A stretch of 64,000 bases of DNA from Balanoglossus misakiensis (taxonomy: Eukaryota; Animalia; Hemichordata): contig CM082580.2 in the NCBI GenBank assembly GCA_040954595.2, positions 7,728,390-7,792,389 on the forward strand. Direction: 5' to 3'. The first letter of the stretch is position 1, and every line of letters starts with the position of its first letter. Position numbers and translations under genes: made by a program. Positions 42,801-56,420 of this stretch are shown one piece after another. A model generated the notes under the pieces. That model did not search any database, had not been told where the DNA came from, and saw only the letters and a list, made by a program, of their open reading frames with translations.

Positions 42801-45800
42801 ATCAGCAGATCCGTCAGCATGATTTCCGTCGTCAGGGCTTTGAGATAGTTGAAATACGCAAACCTCTTGTATTCCTCGTGTAAATACGGACATTCTTCCT
42901 TCGAACACTGGACGCCGACGATGTAATCGTGGCACAGGGTGTGTTGTCTTTTCTCTTCTTGAAGAACCGCCCTTGCCGACTTCACCCAGCGAGATGCAAG
43001 ACTGAAAATATGCTTCATGATGCTTGTGCGGGCCACAGTGACATCAACCTCCTTGGACGCTCCCGGTCTCCCTTTAGGTTGCGTGGAAACCGACGGAGAC
43101 TTCTCACTGTCTAACGTCATGAAACGCGCTCCTTCGTGGACCAGTACCTCTTTCTTGTTTGGCGCCACTTCTTTCAAACCGTAGAAGCTGTCGCACAGCT
43201 GCGCCAGGTGCTTCTCTTCGATGGCCGCGGGTTTGTACAGCACCGATATTAACTTGAAGAGTTGCTCCAGAGTACGTAGAACTATGGTGAGAACTTCTTC
43301 AGCTGTCAGAGGCCAGTTCTTCACGAGAATGTCCACGCACTCTATCTGTCCCCTGATGTTGTTGGCCTTGGCGAACAGCTTCTGGGCGGACTCCAGCAAA
43401 CGGGCGTCTTCGTTCAAGGCAGCAGTCAGCATCGTAGCCTCGGCCTCCCCAGTCGGATTATTGACCTCTTTGAACAAGGAACTCGCTTCCGTCAAATAGC
43501 TCAGAATTTCCGAGCGTTCTTCAGTACACGTCTTGGCGTGAATCCGACCGTATGCCAAGAGGACCTCTGCTCTGAAGGTGACGTCGTCTCTGGCCTCGAC
43601 CAAATCCAACGCCTCCTTCAGCTTGCCCCTGGATCTCATGAGTTTGGCCGCTTCCAGTCGTCTGCCGTTCTCTTTCAGCAGCGTTGCCGCTTCCTCGATT
43701 CTGTTTTTTTCCCGGAGAAACCGCAGCTGGTCTTCAAGATGCGGGAACTGACTGATGGCTTCTCGCATCTTCCCGAAGTTACGGGCGTGGTGGTGCATTT
43801 CAGCGGCGAGATACGACAACCGTTCGATGGTGCGCAGTTGCCTGTAATGAAATTACTATTTTATCAAAAAGATGGCATTCGTCACCATTTTCAAAAATCA
43901 CAAAGCAGTGCCACATATCATTTTCCTTGAAGTTCACTTTACTGCTGCATTGTACACAATTTACACGTATTGCTTAACTTTTATGATACATCTGAGTTTG
44001 AAATCATGCATCCTAAACCATTCAAAAATCATTTGCTTAATCTACTGCACTGAACGGAGACAGCCACAGAATTTGAGAAGACTTAAGGTGAACATGATTG
44101 AATACTTGGGCCAATATGACTTAATGAAGATTCACATGAACGACCTACCCAGGGGGGTTTCTTCGCAGAGCTTCAGGTAAAGGCAGATTCTTGTCTTCAT
44201 ATTCTTTCTTTTTGATGTTATACCTCTCAACTGTGTCAGCTGCCTTGTCATAAGCCTCCGCAGAAAACAGTAGCTCCACTGCTTTTCTGTAGTTGCCAGA
44301 CTGCTCGTAACATCTCGCTGCATCCAAAGGCTTTTTCAGTCGTTTTTCATTCAGCAGGGCTGCATTGGTGAACTGAGGAACAAGGAATTAGATAATGGGT
44401 CTTGTCTTTAATAATCAAAATGTACTACACAGTCAACTTTGAAATTATTTTTCTTCATATTCTGATTTATATTGGCAGTATTTGCGAGAGATTATGCCCA
44501 AAAAAATGCTGTATCAACAAAATCATATCCCAGTATCTATACCTTTCCGATTTTTTCGAACAACAAGGCGGCCAGCTGATACTCTTTTGCATTGTACAGA
44601 CAGCTTGCAGCTGGTTGGTACAGATCACATTGGACGAACTCATCAGCAGCGAATAGGAACTCTTCTCTCAATTTACGTGGATTGTCGCGCAACATCTCCG
44701 CATTCAGGGCTCGATCTTGTGCAAGTGACATCTTCTCCTTTGTGTCTTGTAGTAAAATAAACATTTGAGTTAGTCTTTTCAACTTAACTTTTTTCGGACA
44801 TATATAATCATGAAAACATTATGCTATATTTGCCATACACAGGGTTTGAAACCTGCCCAGGGATATGCATAGTGACAAAATTGTCAGATTTAATCTGAAT
44901 TCAGTATTTACCATCTCCTCCTTTGAAATAACATTTAGCTGCCACTTTCCACAACTTGTTGTTGTAGAAGTAGTCGCCCCTTTTGTTCCATTCTTCCGGC
45001 GTTGAAGTGGTCGCAAACATGCCATCAGACAAACCTGTACGAATAAGGAGAGAAAGAGTTATTTTCTGTTCCATTCAACTACAGGTAATATTCTATATTG
45101 TGGTCACCTCTCTATAGTGGCCACTTTGTAATATAATGTCCCTGTGAAATTATCATGTACATGTACATTAATTGACCCTGTCTATAAAGGCCACCTGTCT
45201 ATAATGGCCAGTTTAGTAAAGACCCTTGACTGTCCACTATAGACAGGTTCAACATACTGTGATCTCAAAAAAACTCAAAAATTGTGATATTATCAGAAGA
45301 ATTGGTCAGGACATTCATCTGCATCTTAACACGCATTCCAAGTTACTACATCTCAACATCTTATTTCAAAGAAGTTAAATATTAACTCAAGATACCTTCT
45401 TCACCACTTTCACTTTCTTCCACTCTCACTACTTGGACCAAATTTCTTCTCCTGAAGTACTCAAAGATGGGTGCCCTCTTCTCAGCATCCTCATCGAACA
45501 GCCAGACATTCACTCTGGCCCGGGTCACGGCTGTGTACAGATATTTCAGCTCGGAGTTCAGTACCTGTAAATACCAACAGTAGAGTTGTGACCTTTGGTG
45601 GCTTCTGTCTACGTAACAACCTGCCCTGGCACAGTACATTTTTTTCAATTTGGACTGACAGGCAACTTCAATTAGTGACCATATACGTTTTGGCAAACCA
45701 GAGCTGTATTTCTGCTATACTGGTACATTATGCTAAAATCTTGATGATAAATCTACAATTATAGTTATTCAACCCACAGGGTCCTATGGTTTGCAACAAT

Positions 45801-48800
45801 GTGAGATCGAATACAGCATACATTTGTACGCTCAACAAAAATATCTTGCATTGCTTCCTGTGAAAGGTGCATGCTTCTACCAAATTGCATACGAACTATC
45901 AATAAAGTATCATGTTGACCAGATAACTGTACCTTGTGTTTATCGTGGTCAAATTCCAGCGGTCTGGCACTGAAATCACTCTGCTTATTCTTCGCTGACG
46001 GATCGATTTCCACAAGGCTCTGGCCTGTACTGCTAACAACGGTGTCTTTCTTCTTTGCAATTAACATTTCTAAGTAGGCAATCACTACTCTCCATTCCTT
46101 GTGAGCCTACCATACAGGAAAAAAAGTCATCACTTTACAATTATAATCTCTTAACAGATATTAGTATAACACTATGATAATACATGCATGATGAAAACAC
46201 AAACATATTTGTGTCATGATTAGGTTGCATGACAGTTGTGATCTCCCCAAGAATTTCTGAGTAGCGACTAATTTGCATAACAATATACACTGCATGATAT
46301 GATATCACATATTGTTTTACATATACTGACACCAGACAATACACAAATATGGCTGATGACAATGTTTTTCATTATAGTCCAATTAAACTGAAGAATATCT
46401 GAAGAATAGAGCTTACAGGGGAGTCTTTGAAGAAATTGTAGAGCAGCACATCATCAAATTCCAGGCCCTTGGATTCATAGATGGTGAGTACAAGGCCGAG
46501 ACTGAGCTCCTTTGGTAAGTTACCTTTGGCTTCTTCATTCGCAACAAGAATCACCTACAAGAGAATGAATATGACGGTATTTTATCATGAATCGGAAAGA
46601 ACTACGATTTGAATCAATAGAATTACTGAAATATGACTTCTACTTGGATATGCCTAAAGCAGCAGACGTGGATCACACACCCAAGTCAAAAATGTACATC
46701 TTGTTTTGTTGCTTTATACTGGCATACTAACTTTTGAATTATACAAACCATGGCAATGGAAGGTTTGAATTATACAATACATGTACACACTAATATAGTG
46801 AATAATTTTTTACCTGATGTGCTCCAAATTCAATTTCAGATGTCTTCCTCTTATTTCCTCTCAAAAGCAGAGCCAGGTCACTGAAACTGCAAGACTCCAA
46901 GAGAACTGGCCGAGGCCCATCAAAGAGTCCCTGGTCTTTCTCCAATCTGTCGAATGATTCTGGAAAGAACTCGATCATCAGGTCCACTACACTTGTTGCA
47001 AGGTCCAATATACCTGAACAAAAACAAATACAGTCATTCAGTTTCTCTGTGGATGAATGTGTCAGCATTTTAAAAAAATTTTTTGTCTGAAATGAAAAAT
47101 CATACTAGTGTTCTAAATATTGTGTGAACATAGTATAAAGATGAAATCGTCTGAAAATAAATGCAAACAACACAGAAGTGTTACCAATATTCCCCAACCT
47201 TTAAGTGAAAACACTGCTTCGTGTATACTGAGTTGCTTACTGACCTGCGTGTGAGCGATAGTTGTGTGTCAGCTGGTAGACTCTCTTGGGCACCGTCACC
47301 CTGGATGTCTTACCCACAGCTTTCATGGATTTGCTGGCATAGTGGAACAGTGTCTTCAGGTCGTCAAATCTGAATGCAACCCCCCTCATGATGCTCTGAG
47401 CAGTATCACCTGAGAAAATTAAGGCAAAGGCAACCCTGGTATGAAAATCAGTCACTATAGTGAGCACTGGGAACTATGGTGCTCTACATATTTCTATATA
47501 CAGGAATATGGTACATGTGCAAAAAGCACAAAAATACACACTACTATATAACATCATGCAAAGTATAGAACAGAATAATAGTAAAACACGGGTGTACACA
47601 GCACACCCACATATTTACCAGTGAGAAAGAGAGCATTCGGATCGCTCGAACATCGGATGAGAAGAGACAACTCGGCCTGTGTGAAATCCTGCGTCTCATC
47701 AATGTAGAACTGGTGGACACACCAGTCTGGCAATTCCACTTTCTTTAGACGGTTGTAGATACTGAAGACCAAGTCGGACTCGTCGAACAGGCCGCGGTGA
47801 CTCTTGATGTGCTAAGACAGAGAGAGATGAGCAACACAGGATCTTAGGGATGCAGGCAAACATTCGGCCAAACACAGAAAACTGTAGTATATTACAGCAA
47901 ACTCGTCCAATTCTGCTACCAGCCTGGTGCAAATCAAATTCAACTGTAAAAGATCTACAGCAAAGTTCACTTACTCTGTACTTCTGAAAGAGATTGTACA
48001 CAACAATTCTGTCAGCAGTAAAGTTTGGCGCCCTCTTCCTACCAAGTTCTTGATATTGTTCCAAACTGAGGTAACCATTTTCAGTGTGCAGGGCTTCCAC
48101 AGAACCTAAAAGACACAACATTGCATCATCCACTTACAACATGAATGTACCGGTATACTATCACTACGAAGGCAGTTAATAGTGCATTTACACAATACAA
48201 TCAAATCTGTGTTAGTGGCCACCTCTATATAGCAGCCACCTCTATATAGTGACCTGTCTATAAAGGCCACCTGTCAGTAAAGGCCACTTTAGGAAAGTCC
48301 CTTGACTTCCCACTGTAGAGAGGTTTGACCATACCTTGGATAAAGGACTTTATTTCCATCCAGACCAGTGTTGGGTGATAAGCCACTTTCTTTTTCTTGT
48401 TCACTTTGGACCAAAGTTCGTAGGCGAAGACTTCGTAAGTGACTTCCTTGCGTGGGTCGACTTCTTTCCTCTGTCCCGCCTCCTCCTCATCGCCGTTCAT
48501 ATCAAGGGTCTCATCATCCTCATCTGCATCGTCATTTCCTGCATCATCACCATCACCGTATTCCTCATCGTCATCATCTTCATCGTCTTCTCCGAGTTGT
48601 GGAATAAATGACTGTAGGTAGTCATCTACACAACGAATTAAAAAAGGATCTTGGAAAGACAGAAATCTGTACCAGGAAGCTCAAAACTCGGGTAGAACTT
48701 GTGGTGGGAGAAAAAGTGAGACAATCTCTGGAAGTGATAATGACTGCTTCATAAAGTTTTGAAAATGATCGACTGGGCATTGGTGTAATATATATACATG

Positions 48801-51800
48801 TAGAGGTAAGAGAGCATGATCACAAACAATTTAGCCAGGCTTACCAGTTCCCCAACCTTTCACTTCCTTCTTCAGAGACCCATCGGGCTTTCTCTGGAAG
48901 AAGGGGTCAGGCAAGGTCGCGTCCAACATCAGCAGCCACTGCCTGGACGTCACGAACATGGGATACTGGGCCGGGTGTGCCTCTTGCAGTCGGTGGGGCA
49001 ACGGAAGATCTTCAACTTCCACGTGGTCCTTCGCGGCAGCGTTGGCGTGGCTCAACTCGCGGAAATTCTTCTTGACTTCACTGCACAGCACCGCGTTCTT
49101 GGTGACAAAGATCTGGTGCAAGTGGTCCATTTGAGTGTCATCGTCACCATTCGTCACGGCTTCATCGTCATCTTGGTTTGTTTCGACACGCTCATCATCG
49201 CAGATAGTTGTCGGACAGGCGGGTAATGCAGAAATGCACGCTCCTTCGCAACGTTCTGAGAAATTTGAGCATACAATTCATGATTTTATTTTCTAACTTA
49301 GATTGGTCTATTGAATTTACATATACTTACTGATGGGCATGTACACAAATGTATCATCAATCTCTGATATAGTACCTTGGCTGTTTGCTTTGCTATCTTC
49401 ATCCAAACCCTCCCCATTCTCCGCTTCCTTCTCCTCCTCATCATCATCCCCATCCTCAGCTTTTTCATCAACATGAATGTAAGCGATGTGTCTTGGAATC
49501 AATGGCTCTCCAGTCTTGGCTGCATGCTCCCAGTACCGTATGAATGACGTCCATAGCCTGTACAGGCAACATGTTGTTTTCCCTGAAATGCAAACATACA
49601 ATCCATGCAATGTGAAATAAGCCTGCTGGGTATGTATGCACTGTGGCTGTATTGGTCTGAAACGTGACTAATGTGGACAGCAAAGAACAGTCTTCCTCAC
49701 AGTACATATAGATTTCACTGAAAATATACCAGGATTATGTACATGTACTGTACCTGTCCCACTTCTTCCTAACAGCAATATGGCCGACGGTGGGTTTGGC
49801 TGTAGGTTGATGATGGCATGCTCCAGCTCGGTCACGCGGAACGGGAAATCAACTTTGATGTCCTCATTACGCAGGATGTTGTTGACAAGCGTTGAAGAGA
49901 AGGAGTAGAACTTCATGATGTGGTATTCCGTCTCGTTGGAGCTTGCTGGAGGGAAGAACAGTTTTGCGTTGTCAACTGGTTTGGTCTTCTTCTTCGCAAG
50001 TGCTGTTTTCTGCTTGTTCCTTGTAATTTCCCTGTACAACATCGGTATTCTCTCCTCTGTCACACTTTTCCCTGCAAAACAACAGATGTGATATATACAA
50101 TTTTTGAAGAGAAAACTTAAATAAGGCATGTATCACTTCCAATATACGTATGTCCGTATATGGTTGGGTCTTTCGACATTTTCAAATGATGCACATTTTT
50201 TGTACATTGCAGCCACTCCATGAAAACCTGTGACTGCCTACATCTCAACTTGCCATGGTAACTCACAGTGGCTAAATTTCCACAGGTGACCATGCAACTA
50301 AGTCAGATGAATACCAGTACCTTTAATCCAATTACCCATCTTTTCATAGTTTATAGCTAAAGTTCACCTGCCTGGGTGACACAGAAATGCCTCCTACGCA
50401 TTTCATTACGACATCGTTTCACAATATGCCACTGAAATCCAAACCTTTTGTGAACTCCTTCCTGTCAATTCCCCGCAGGTTCTTCTTGATGATGCAATCC
50501 TGTCCTCTTCGGTGAGACTTCACAATGTTGTCGATGCTTCTTGATACGTTGTCATGGTCGAAGACAATGTCCCACACGCGGATTATATCAGAGTAGATTC
50601 TGCCACCGGCAGCTCCTGAGCTCTCCTCCGAGCCTCCAGTGCCTTGAAAAACAAAATACACATCAAATAAATTACATGATCGCATTTGCAAAAAAGTGAC
50701 AGATAAATACTAAAATTGGGCTGACAGGTATTCAAGGGCACCGGAGAGATTTCACTCGCATCTGTAGCAGACCAAAAGCATCAGAACAAGTGATTACCCG
50801 TAAGCTGCAGACGTTTCTCGGGGTCTTCGCTGCATCTCGGAGAAAAGGCGATGGCCAGCTCCCACAGAATCCTGGCAGCTTTGGTGAGCTTAGCCTCGAA
50901 CAGACTGATGTCGTTTTGTTTGGCGACACCTTCCAGTCTCTTGGCCAAATCCGGCCGCCAGTTTCCCGAGGCGAGCAGCCGGATCTTGTTGATGATCCTG
51001 ATTTTGATTCCGTGCTCCAGTTTCTTGTCGCGGAGTATCTTCCACACTGCCGATGTGCACTCCACTTCCCACACGAGGTCATCGAAGAGCGACGGATCAA
51101 GCTCTCCCATTTCATCCAATCCTTCATCGTCATCTTCTATCACTTCATCATCATCATCACCATCACCATCCCTAGTTAGGATATCTGGAACGCTCTCTTG
51201 TTCTGTGAAGTTATAAACAAAATACAGAACGATAATGAGGTTGCCATGTTTACTTGAACAGAAGAAACCATATAAAAAATATTAAACAATTACAGCCTTG
51301 TTATATAAAGAGGGCACTGGCGGCAGTTATTAGTCCCCCATATACGATATTTCTGGTGCTTGAATACGCAATACATCTCATATTCATTAAACTGGATACC
51401 TTCATTCACTTTGCCGGTCTCCGTGTTTTTCTCTTGTGGTTTTCTGTCCATTGTTGGAGCGGAGCTTGCTTTACTCGTTTCCAGCTGTTCTGCAACATTT
51501 TCAAGTCGTGGTCGTTTGGCTATGAACTGTGGAATCTCCTCTATGGCGGCCGATATGCGCGACTTCATCTCTTCTTTAGGCGGTCTTCTCGAGACGCCGC
51601 CTTCCAGAGGCATAACCCGAATACTGTCATCTTGCAGGTCTGTGTTTCTGGCCACGTCGGGCGTCTTTGCCCCATTCTCCGCTTGGCTCACAGGCTCTTT
51701 CAATATCTTGACTTTTTTCCCTTTTGGTTTGGCGGAGCGATAGTGCTGGGCTGCCATTTTCAGGTAGGGGAGTCTCCTGTCGTCCTTTTTCAAGCTGTGC

Positions 51801-52090
51801 AGGGGAACTTTCCCCTGGTTGTTCTTGATCTGTGGGTCCACTTTGTACTCCTGCATCAGCTTGACGGCGCTCAGAGTTATGTGATTGCACGGGCCCTGGA
51901 TGACGTGATGGAACAAGGTGTTGCCGTCCTCGTCTTGTACGCAAGGGTCTAAGTTCGGATGGGTGTCCGGTTCGCGGTTGTACTTCTCGAACAGGTTCTT
52001 CAAAACTTCAAACTTGTGGTCTGTGAAAGAGATTCCAACATCATTATCATCATCATCAGATCATCATCATCATCATCATCACCATCATCA

Positions 52091-52164
<74 letters not shown>

Positions 52165-55100
52165 ACATGCATGGTACCTATGCATCATTAGAAACTCAGT
52201 GTTTGAAGACATTTATTTTGTCTGTTGTACAGAAAAAAATTCCCAACATTAGTACCTTTCTTCTTCAGAGCAAATGCCAGTGCAGCATGCAACGGAGTGT
52301 CTCCGTCAGTAAGGCTAAGACTGGATGGGTCGGCACCAAACTGCAGCAGAAGGTGAACTAATCCATAGTCTTCAAGCAATCTCAAGGCATACGCAAGGGG
52401 TGTCATCAGCTGATCACCAAGTCCATCTGGTTTGGCGCCATTCTTAACATGCAAATACACAGTCAAACCTGTGTTAGTGGCCACCTCTAATATAGTGGCC
52501 ACCTCTATATAGTGGCCACTGTGTTAATACAGTCCCCGTGCAATTAACGTGTACATCACTGACCTGTTTATAAAGGCCAGTTTAGGAAAGTCCATCAACT
52601 GGCTACTAAAGACAGGTTTGACCACCCACACTTAGTTAGTTTATATCAAGCTCAAGAATTTTCTTAATGGTCACACGAAATGCACAGTTATGTATTTTCA
52701 TATTAAAGTCAATTATTCTCCCATGGGATGGGCTTTATTAACAAGTGTCCCAAAAGAAGAGATTGTTAAAATGGCTGTTCGCCATTGAGTTACTTCATTC
52801 TAGGCATACAATAGACTCAACATCCACCAACATTATACCCTTTCATCACCATGGTTCAGTCCAAACCCATTGTTTTCTATGGTAAGGGTTGGACCTCTAA
52901 AGAGGGAACGGGGGGTGAAAGGGTTAAAGTGACAGCGAGAGTGCCGTGCGTATAACCAATGAGATCAACATACCTCCAGGAGTGCTTTGACCATATCGTA
53001 CTTTTTGATATTCGGGTCATTGTGGCCTGATGATAAATAACTCTGGATTGACACATCGCACACATCGCAGCCGTTGGCCAATCCACCTTCTCCCATCGAC
53101 TTTCCATTGCCTCCTCCATTCAGCAGCAGATACAGTTGTTTCCAGCGATGTTTCTCAGCCAGTGTCTTGATCTGTAGTTTCCAGATTGATGGCGGGGCTT
53201 GGCACTCTACTTTAGGCTGTACCTCTGATAGTGAAAAATAAATTGATGTTGTTGTTGTTGTTACAAGTTTAGTGCTTTATAAGAGACATGTACCAAATAT
53301 TTACAAAGACCATCTTCCACATACCTCGGACATGTTGAAGAATTTCAACGATATGGGTCTTGCTTCGCTCGATGTCATTGGTGACGATGGGGCTTGCGTG
53401 ACTTTCATTGAGATATTTGCAAAAAAGTTTGAGAGCTTCTTGCCATTTTTCGTTGATCTTCATGGAAACGGCAGTCTGGTACGTGCTCTTTTCAACCGCT
53501 TTGTACTCTGAAAGGAACAAGAACAACAAGTCATTTTTCACCCTGCGAAAAATAAAGAAGTCGCTTCAAAATGTTTCTCAGAGATAACGATGCAGTGAAA
53601 TACGAGAACGTAACAGTTGCCTCTTATGATATTGCGAAAATTTCCAGTCGCAAAAATTTCCCGTTTTACAGTAGCTAACTTCAACCAACTACCCTATATT
53701 TACCTGCCACCTCACGTTTTTGTGCAGGTGGAGCCTTTTGCGGCGCCTTTTGTCGTGTTGGCATCTTTGCAGAGTATTTGTCCATTGCCTTTCTCAATAA
53801 AATTGCAGCGTGCGAGCTTGGAGGCAGGTAATCCAACGCCATTCGCCCAGAAGGATCCTGTCAGATGACAATAGAAGAAAATCAACACAAGTCATTGTCA
53901 ATGACCTAGTCCCCTACTCATTCCACTGAACACTGTACATGTCAATCATGTAAACACGGAGAATTTACCCACCTTGAGGCAAGGATTGGCATCACTTTTT
54001 ATGATCATACGCAACGCTATTTCCATGGTCTGTGGCTGAGAAGGAATTATCCTGACCAGAATATGATACAAGGATTCACCTCTTTGATTGATTACATTCT
54101 TTTCTTCGTGTGCCTTCGGGTACTTGGCAAACAGATACCTCAGCAGGGAGAGGTTGCCTGAAAGTTGAAATGTCAAATTATTACTTTAATATTTGAAAAT
54201 CCCAGCACCTAGAACATGTTTCTTTTCCACAAATACCTCGATAAAGATTTGACACAAACCTCTGACTAGGCCATATCTCAAGGCACAGTGAAGGGCTGGT
54301 TCATTATTGACACGACACAAACCACTGGGATCCGAACCATGCTTGACCAACTCCACGGCAAGATCAATTCCGTTGTCCGTTTGACCTTCTCGTCTGCAAG
54401 AATCAATTTGTATTTAAAGGGTTTGAACTTGGACCTGCTGTACTCTTTCACATAGCAGAAGTTCCAGAGAAGTTTATTTTCTGACCAAAAAAGACCAAAA
54501 TTGTCAACAAATATGCCAATTTAACCACAATTTGAACAAGCTTTACTGAGATAGGTCACCAATGTGTCACCACACACCTGCAAAGCTGATCGATGGATAC
54601 CTTTGACGTATCACAGCCAGTAGCAATACCTCCAACCTTTGGTGGCTTGTCTTTCCATCCTCCGAGGAACATGTTATAGATTGCCTGCAATGAAAACAAT
54701 AGTTTGAAGGGGGACCTTTGACAACACTACATCAAATATTAAACCATGCGAGAAGAAAAACACCACAAACTGATACCAGCTATTTTTTTGTTTCTGTAGA
54801 TGACAGGAAGATGACAACATTTGAATATTAATTAAATCTATTTATAATGACATTTCAAATGATAAAATGAAATCACATTTGTTTTGCATTATCCATTTAC
54901 CTCCCATTCGTTGTGCCTGGCCAGCCTGAGTGTGACTTCGGACCATATGTCATTGCGTATATCTAGGCAATTATGCAAAAACATCATTCCATCTGTAACA
55001 AACGAGGAAAATGTATTTGTTTATGATTTTTTTCAATTCAAACCATCTTCAAGAGTCAAGAATTGATTTCCCTGGAAGGCAATAGATCCATCTTCAAGGA

Positions 55101-55792
55101 TTCATATGCTCAATGGTAGCTATGGCAACAGCAGGGAAACCATTACCTTCAACTTTGCAGCCAATTTGTGCAATGTCCACGATGAAGGATATTGTGTTCT
55201 CCCTAGCATATTGTCCACTGGTCTTAGCATACGGCAGTCCTTCAATCAGGGCCATCAATGTATTTCTGTGTTCTCCCTTTTTCTTCAGACAAGCTGCAAC
55301 TCTGAAATATCCCTACAAGAATGACAAAAAAAACTTGTCTTATGCTTATCAATCAATCAATCAGCCAATTCAACTTTCAGGTGTTGACATACACAGAAAT
55401 GACAACGTTGTAATACAGGTAAAGAATATGGCAATTCTGGCCTTAAATAAGTTTTCACTTTGTGCTAGGGGAGTCAAATCGCATTATAATAATTGCATTC
55501 TGGGTAAAAGGTCGACAGCACAAAAATCCCCATACCTTCCACCAAGTCTTGTTTATGTGTATACAGCCGAAGGCGTCATCCATTGCATTTTGTAAGTCGC
55601 CAATCTTGAAGAACGCATGAGAGCGATTGCTGAGGATGGTTGAGTCATTCTTTACGTTGTTTGGAATGCGAAATTCCAAAGCCTCAGAGTATGCCTCAAC
55701 TGCCTGAAAGTATTTCCCCTGTTTCATTAACTCATTACCATATTTCTTCAGTTCAGACTGTCTCATTCTTTGGTGTTCAAATATCAGAAAAT
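38949..55792 (-). CDS. TRANK1: TPR and ankyrin repeat-containing protein 1 (TPR - ankyrin - RelE-like - UvrD/SF1 helicase - helical C-terminus with zinc fingers)
   Basis: About 33 GT-AG exons, including a 2.8-kb exon (41008-43841) and last exon 38949-39118. TPR: ELKKYGNELMKQGKYFQAVEAYSEAL...LSNRSHAFFKIG (55536-55792). Ankyrin: GDTPLHAA, GNTLFHH. Helicase motifs: LLGRSGTGKTT, FYIDETQDF, GDTAQSI, LTHNYRSH, TIYESKGLEFDDV, LYTAVTRAR. The start is uncertain (ATG at 55766 or an unidentified upstream exon). Confidence 0.92.
39781..39809. repeat. (CA)n microsatellite
   Basis: Read directly from the sequence. Confidence 0.9.
45095..45256. mobile_element. CAGTCAAACC-type MITE copy, 5'-eroded, in TRANK1 intron
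   Basis: Internal GGCCACCTGTCTATA subrepeats and right end ...CCCTTGACTGTCCACTATAGACAGGTTCAACA|TA. Confidence 0.7.
48198..48331. mobile_element. CAGTCAAACC-type MITE copy abutting a TRANK1 splice donor
   Basis: TA|CAATCAAATCTGTGTTAGTGGCCACC...GAGAGGTTTGACCA|TA, with internal tandem GCCACCTCTATATA subrepeats. Confidence 0.8.
52039..52163. repeat. (CAT)n microsatellite in TRANK1 intron
   Basis: Read directly from the sequence; it produces spurious poly-His/poly-Ile ORFs in the track. Confidence 0.95.
52460..52624. mobile_element. CAGTCAAACC-type MITE copy in TRANK1 intron
   Basis: Terminal inverted repeats CAGTCAAACCTGT...ACAGGTTTGACCA, with three AGTGGCCAC subrepeats. Confidence 0.8.
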
Positions 55793-56392
55793 CTGAAAGT
55801 AGATGAGAAACATGGAGTTACCTACAGAACTAATTTACAGATCAATCTCTGTATGTGATAGTGGGGTGTCGCTGGGCCCAGAACGTCGCATAGGCACTCA
55901 TTTGATGAAAAAACCCGAAAATCATGTAAGCTACTGATTTAATGGTTTTTTTGGCTACTTGACAATAATAACAGACGCACAAAGCAATGTTACAAGCGCC
56001 TGTGATCAGCGGCTGCTATGATGCGGGGGGGGGGGGGTCTAGGGAGTCTCGAAATAATGACATCTACACTGTCTGTCAGTGCGACTTTTAGGAGACGACT
56101 TTCAGAAAGAAACAGGTGAGTGAGACGGAGACCTCTAAAAATACGAATGACTTCGCAATTTTTTTTATTGGACAGTTGAAAATGTTTAATACTTTTAATA
56201 GTTAAAAGTATCTCGAAACGATGATACGTCGATTATACCAACTATATTGCCAGCGATTTTCCCGATGGGTAACGATTTCCCGTCCACGGTTTGATTGAGT
56301 CAAAACGAATTGACGAATCAACAGAATGTCGCTGAATGTCCAAAAGTATCTGCGTTTCAAACCACACTTTTCGAACTCTTTCGGAAATCAAG

Positions 56393-56420
56393 CTTTCACT
56401 TTCAAAACTCCTTCTTGGAA
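56393..56420 (-). promoter_or_regulatory. IRF element plus STAT GAS site upstream of TRANK1
   Basis: GAAAGTGAAAG on the minus strand at 56393-56403 and TTCTTGGAA at 56412-56420. Confidence 0.5.

Noticed and set aside
41058-43930. Multiple long plus-strand ORFs (e.g. 317 aa at 41321-42274)
   Set aside because: Antisense shadows of the GC-rich 2.8-kb TRANK1 exon.
51918-52361. Poly-His / poly-Ile ORFs
   Set aside because: Translation of an intronic (CAT)n microsatellite.
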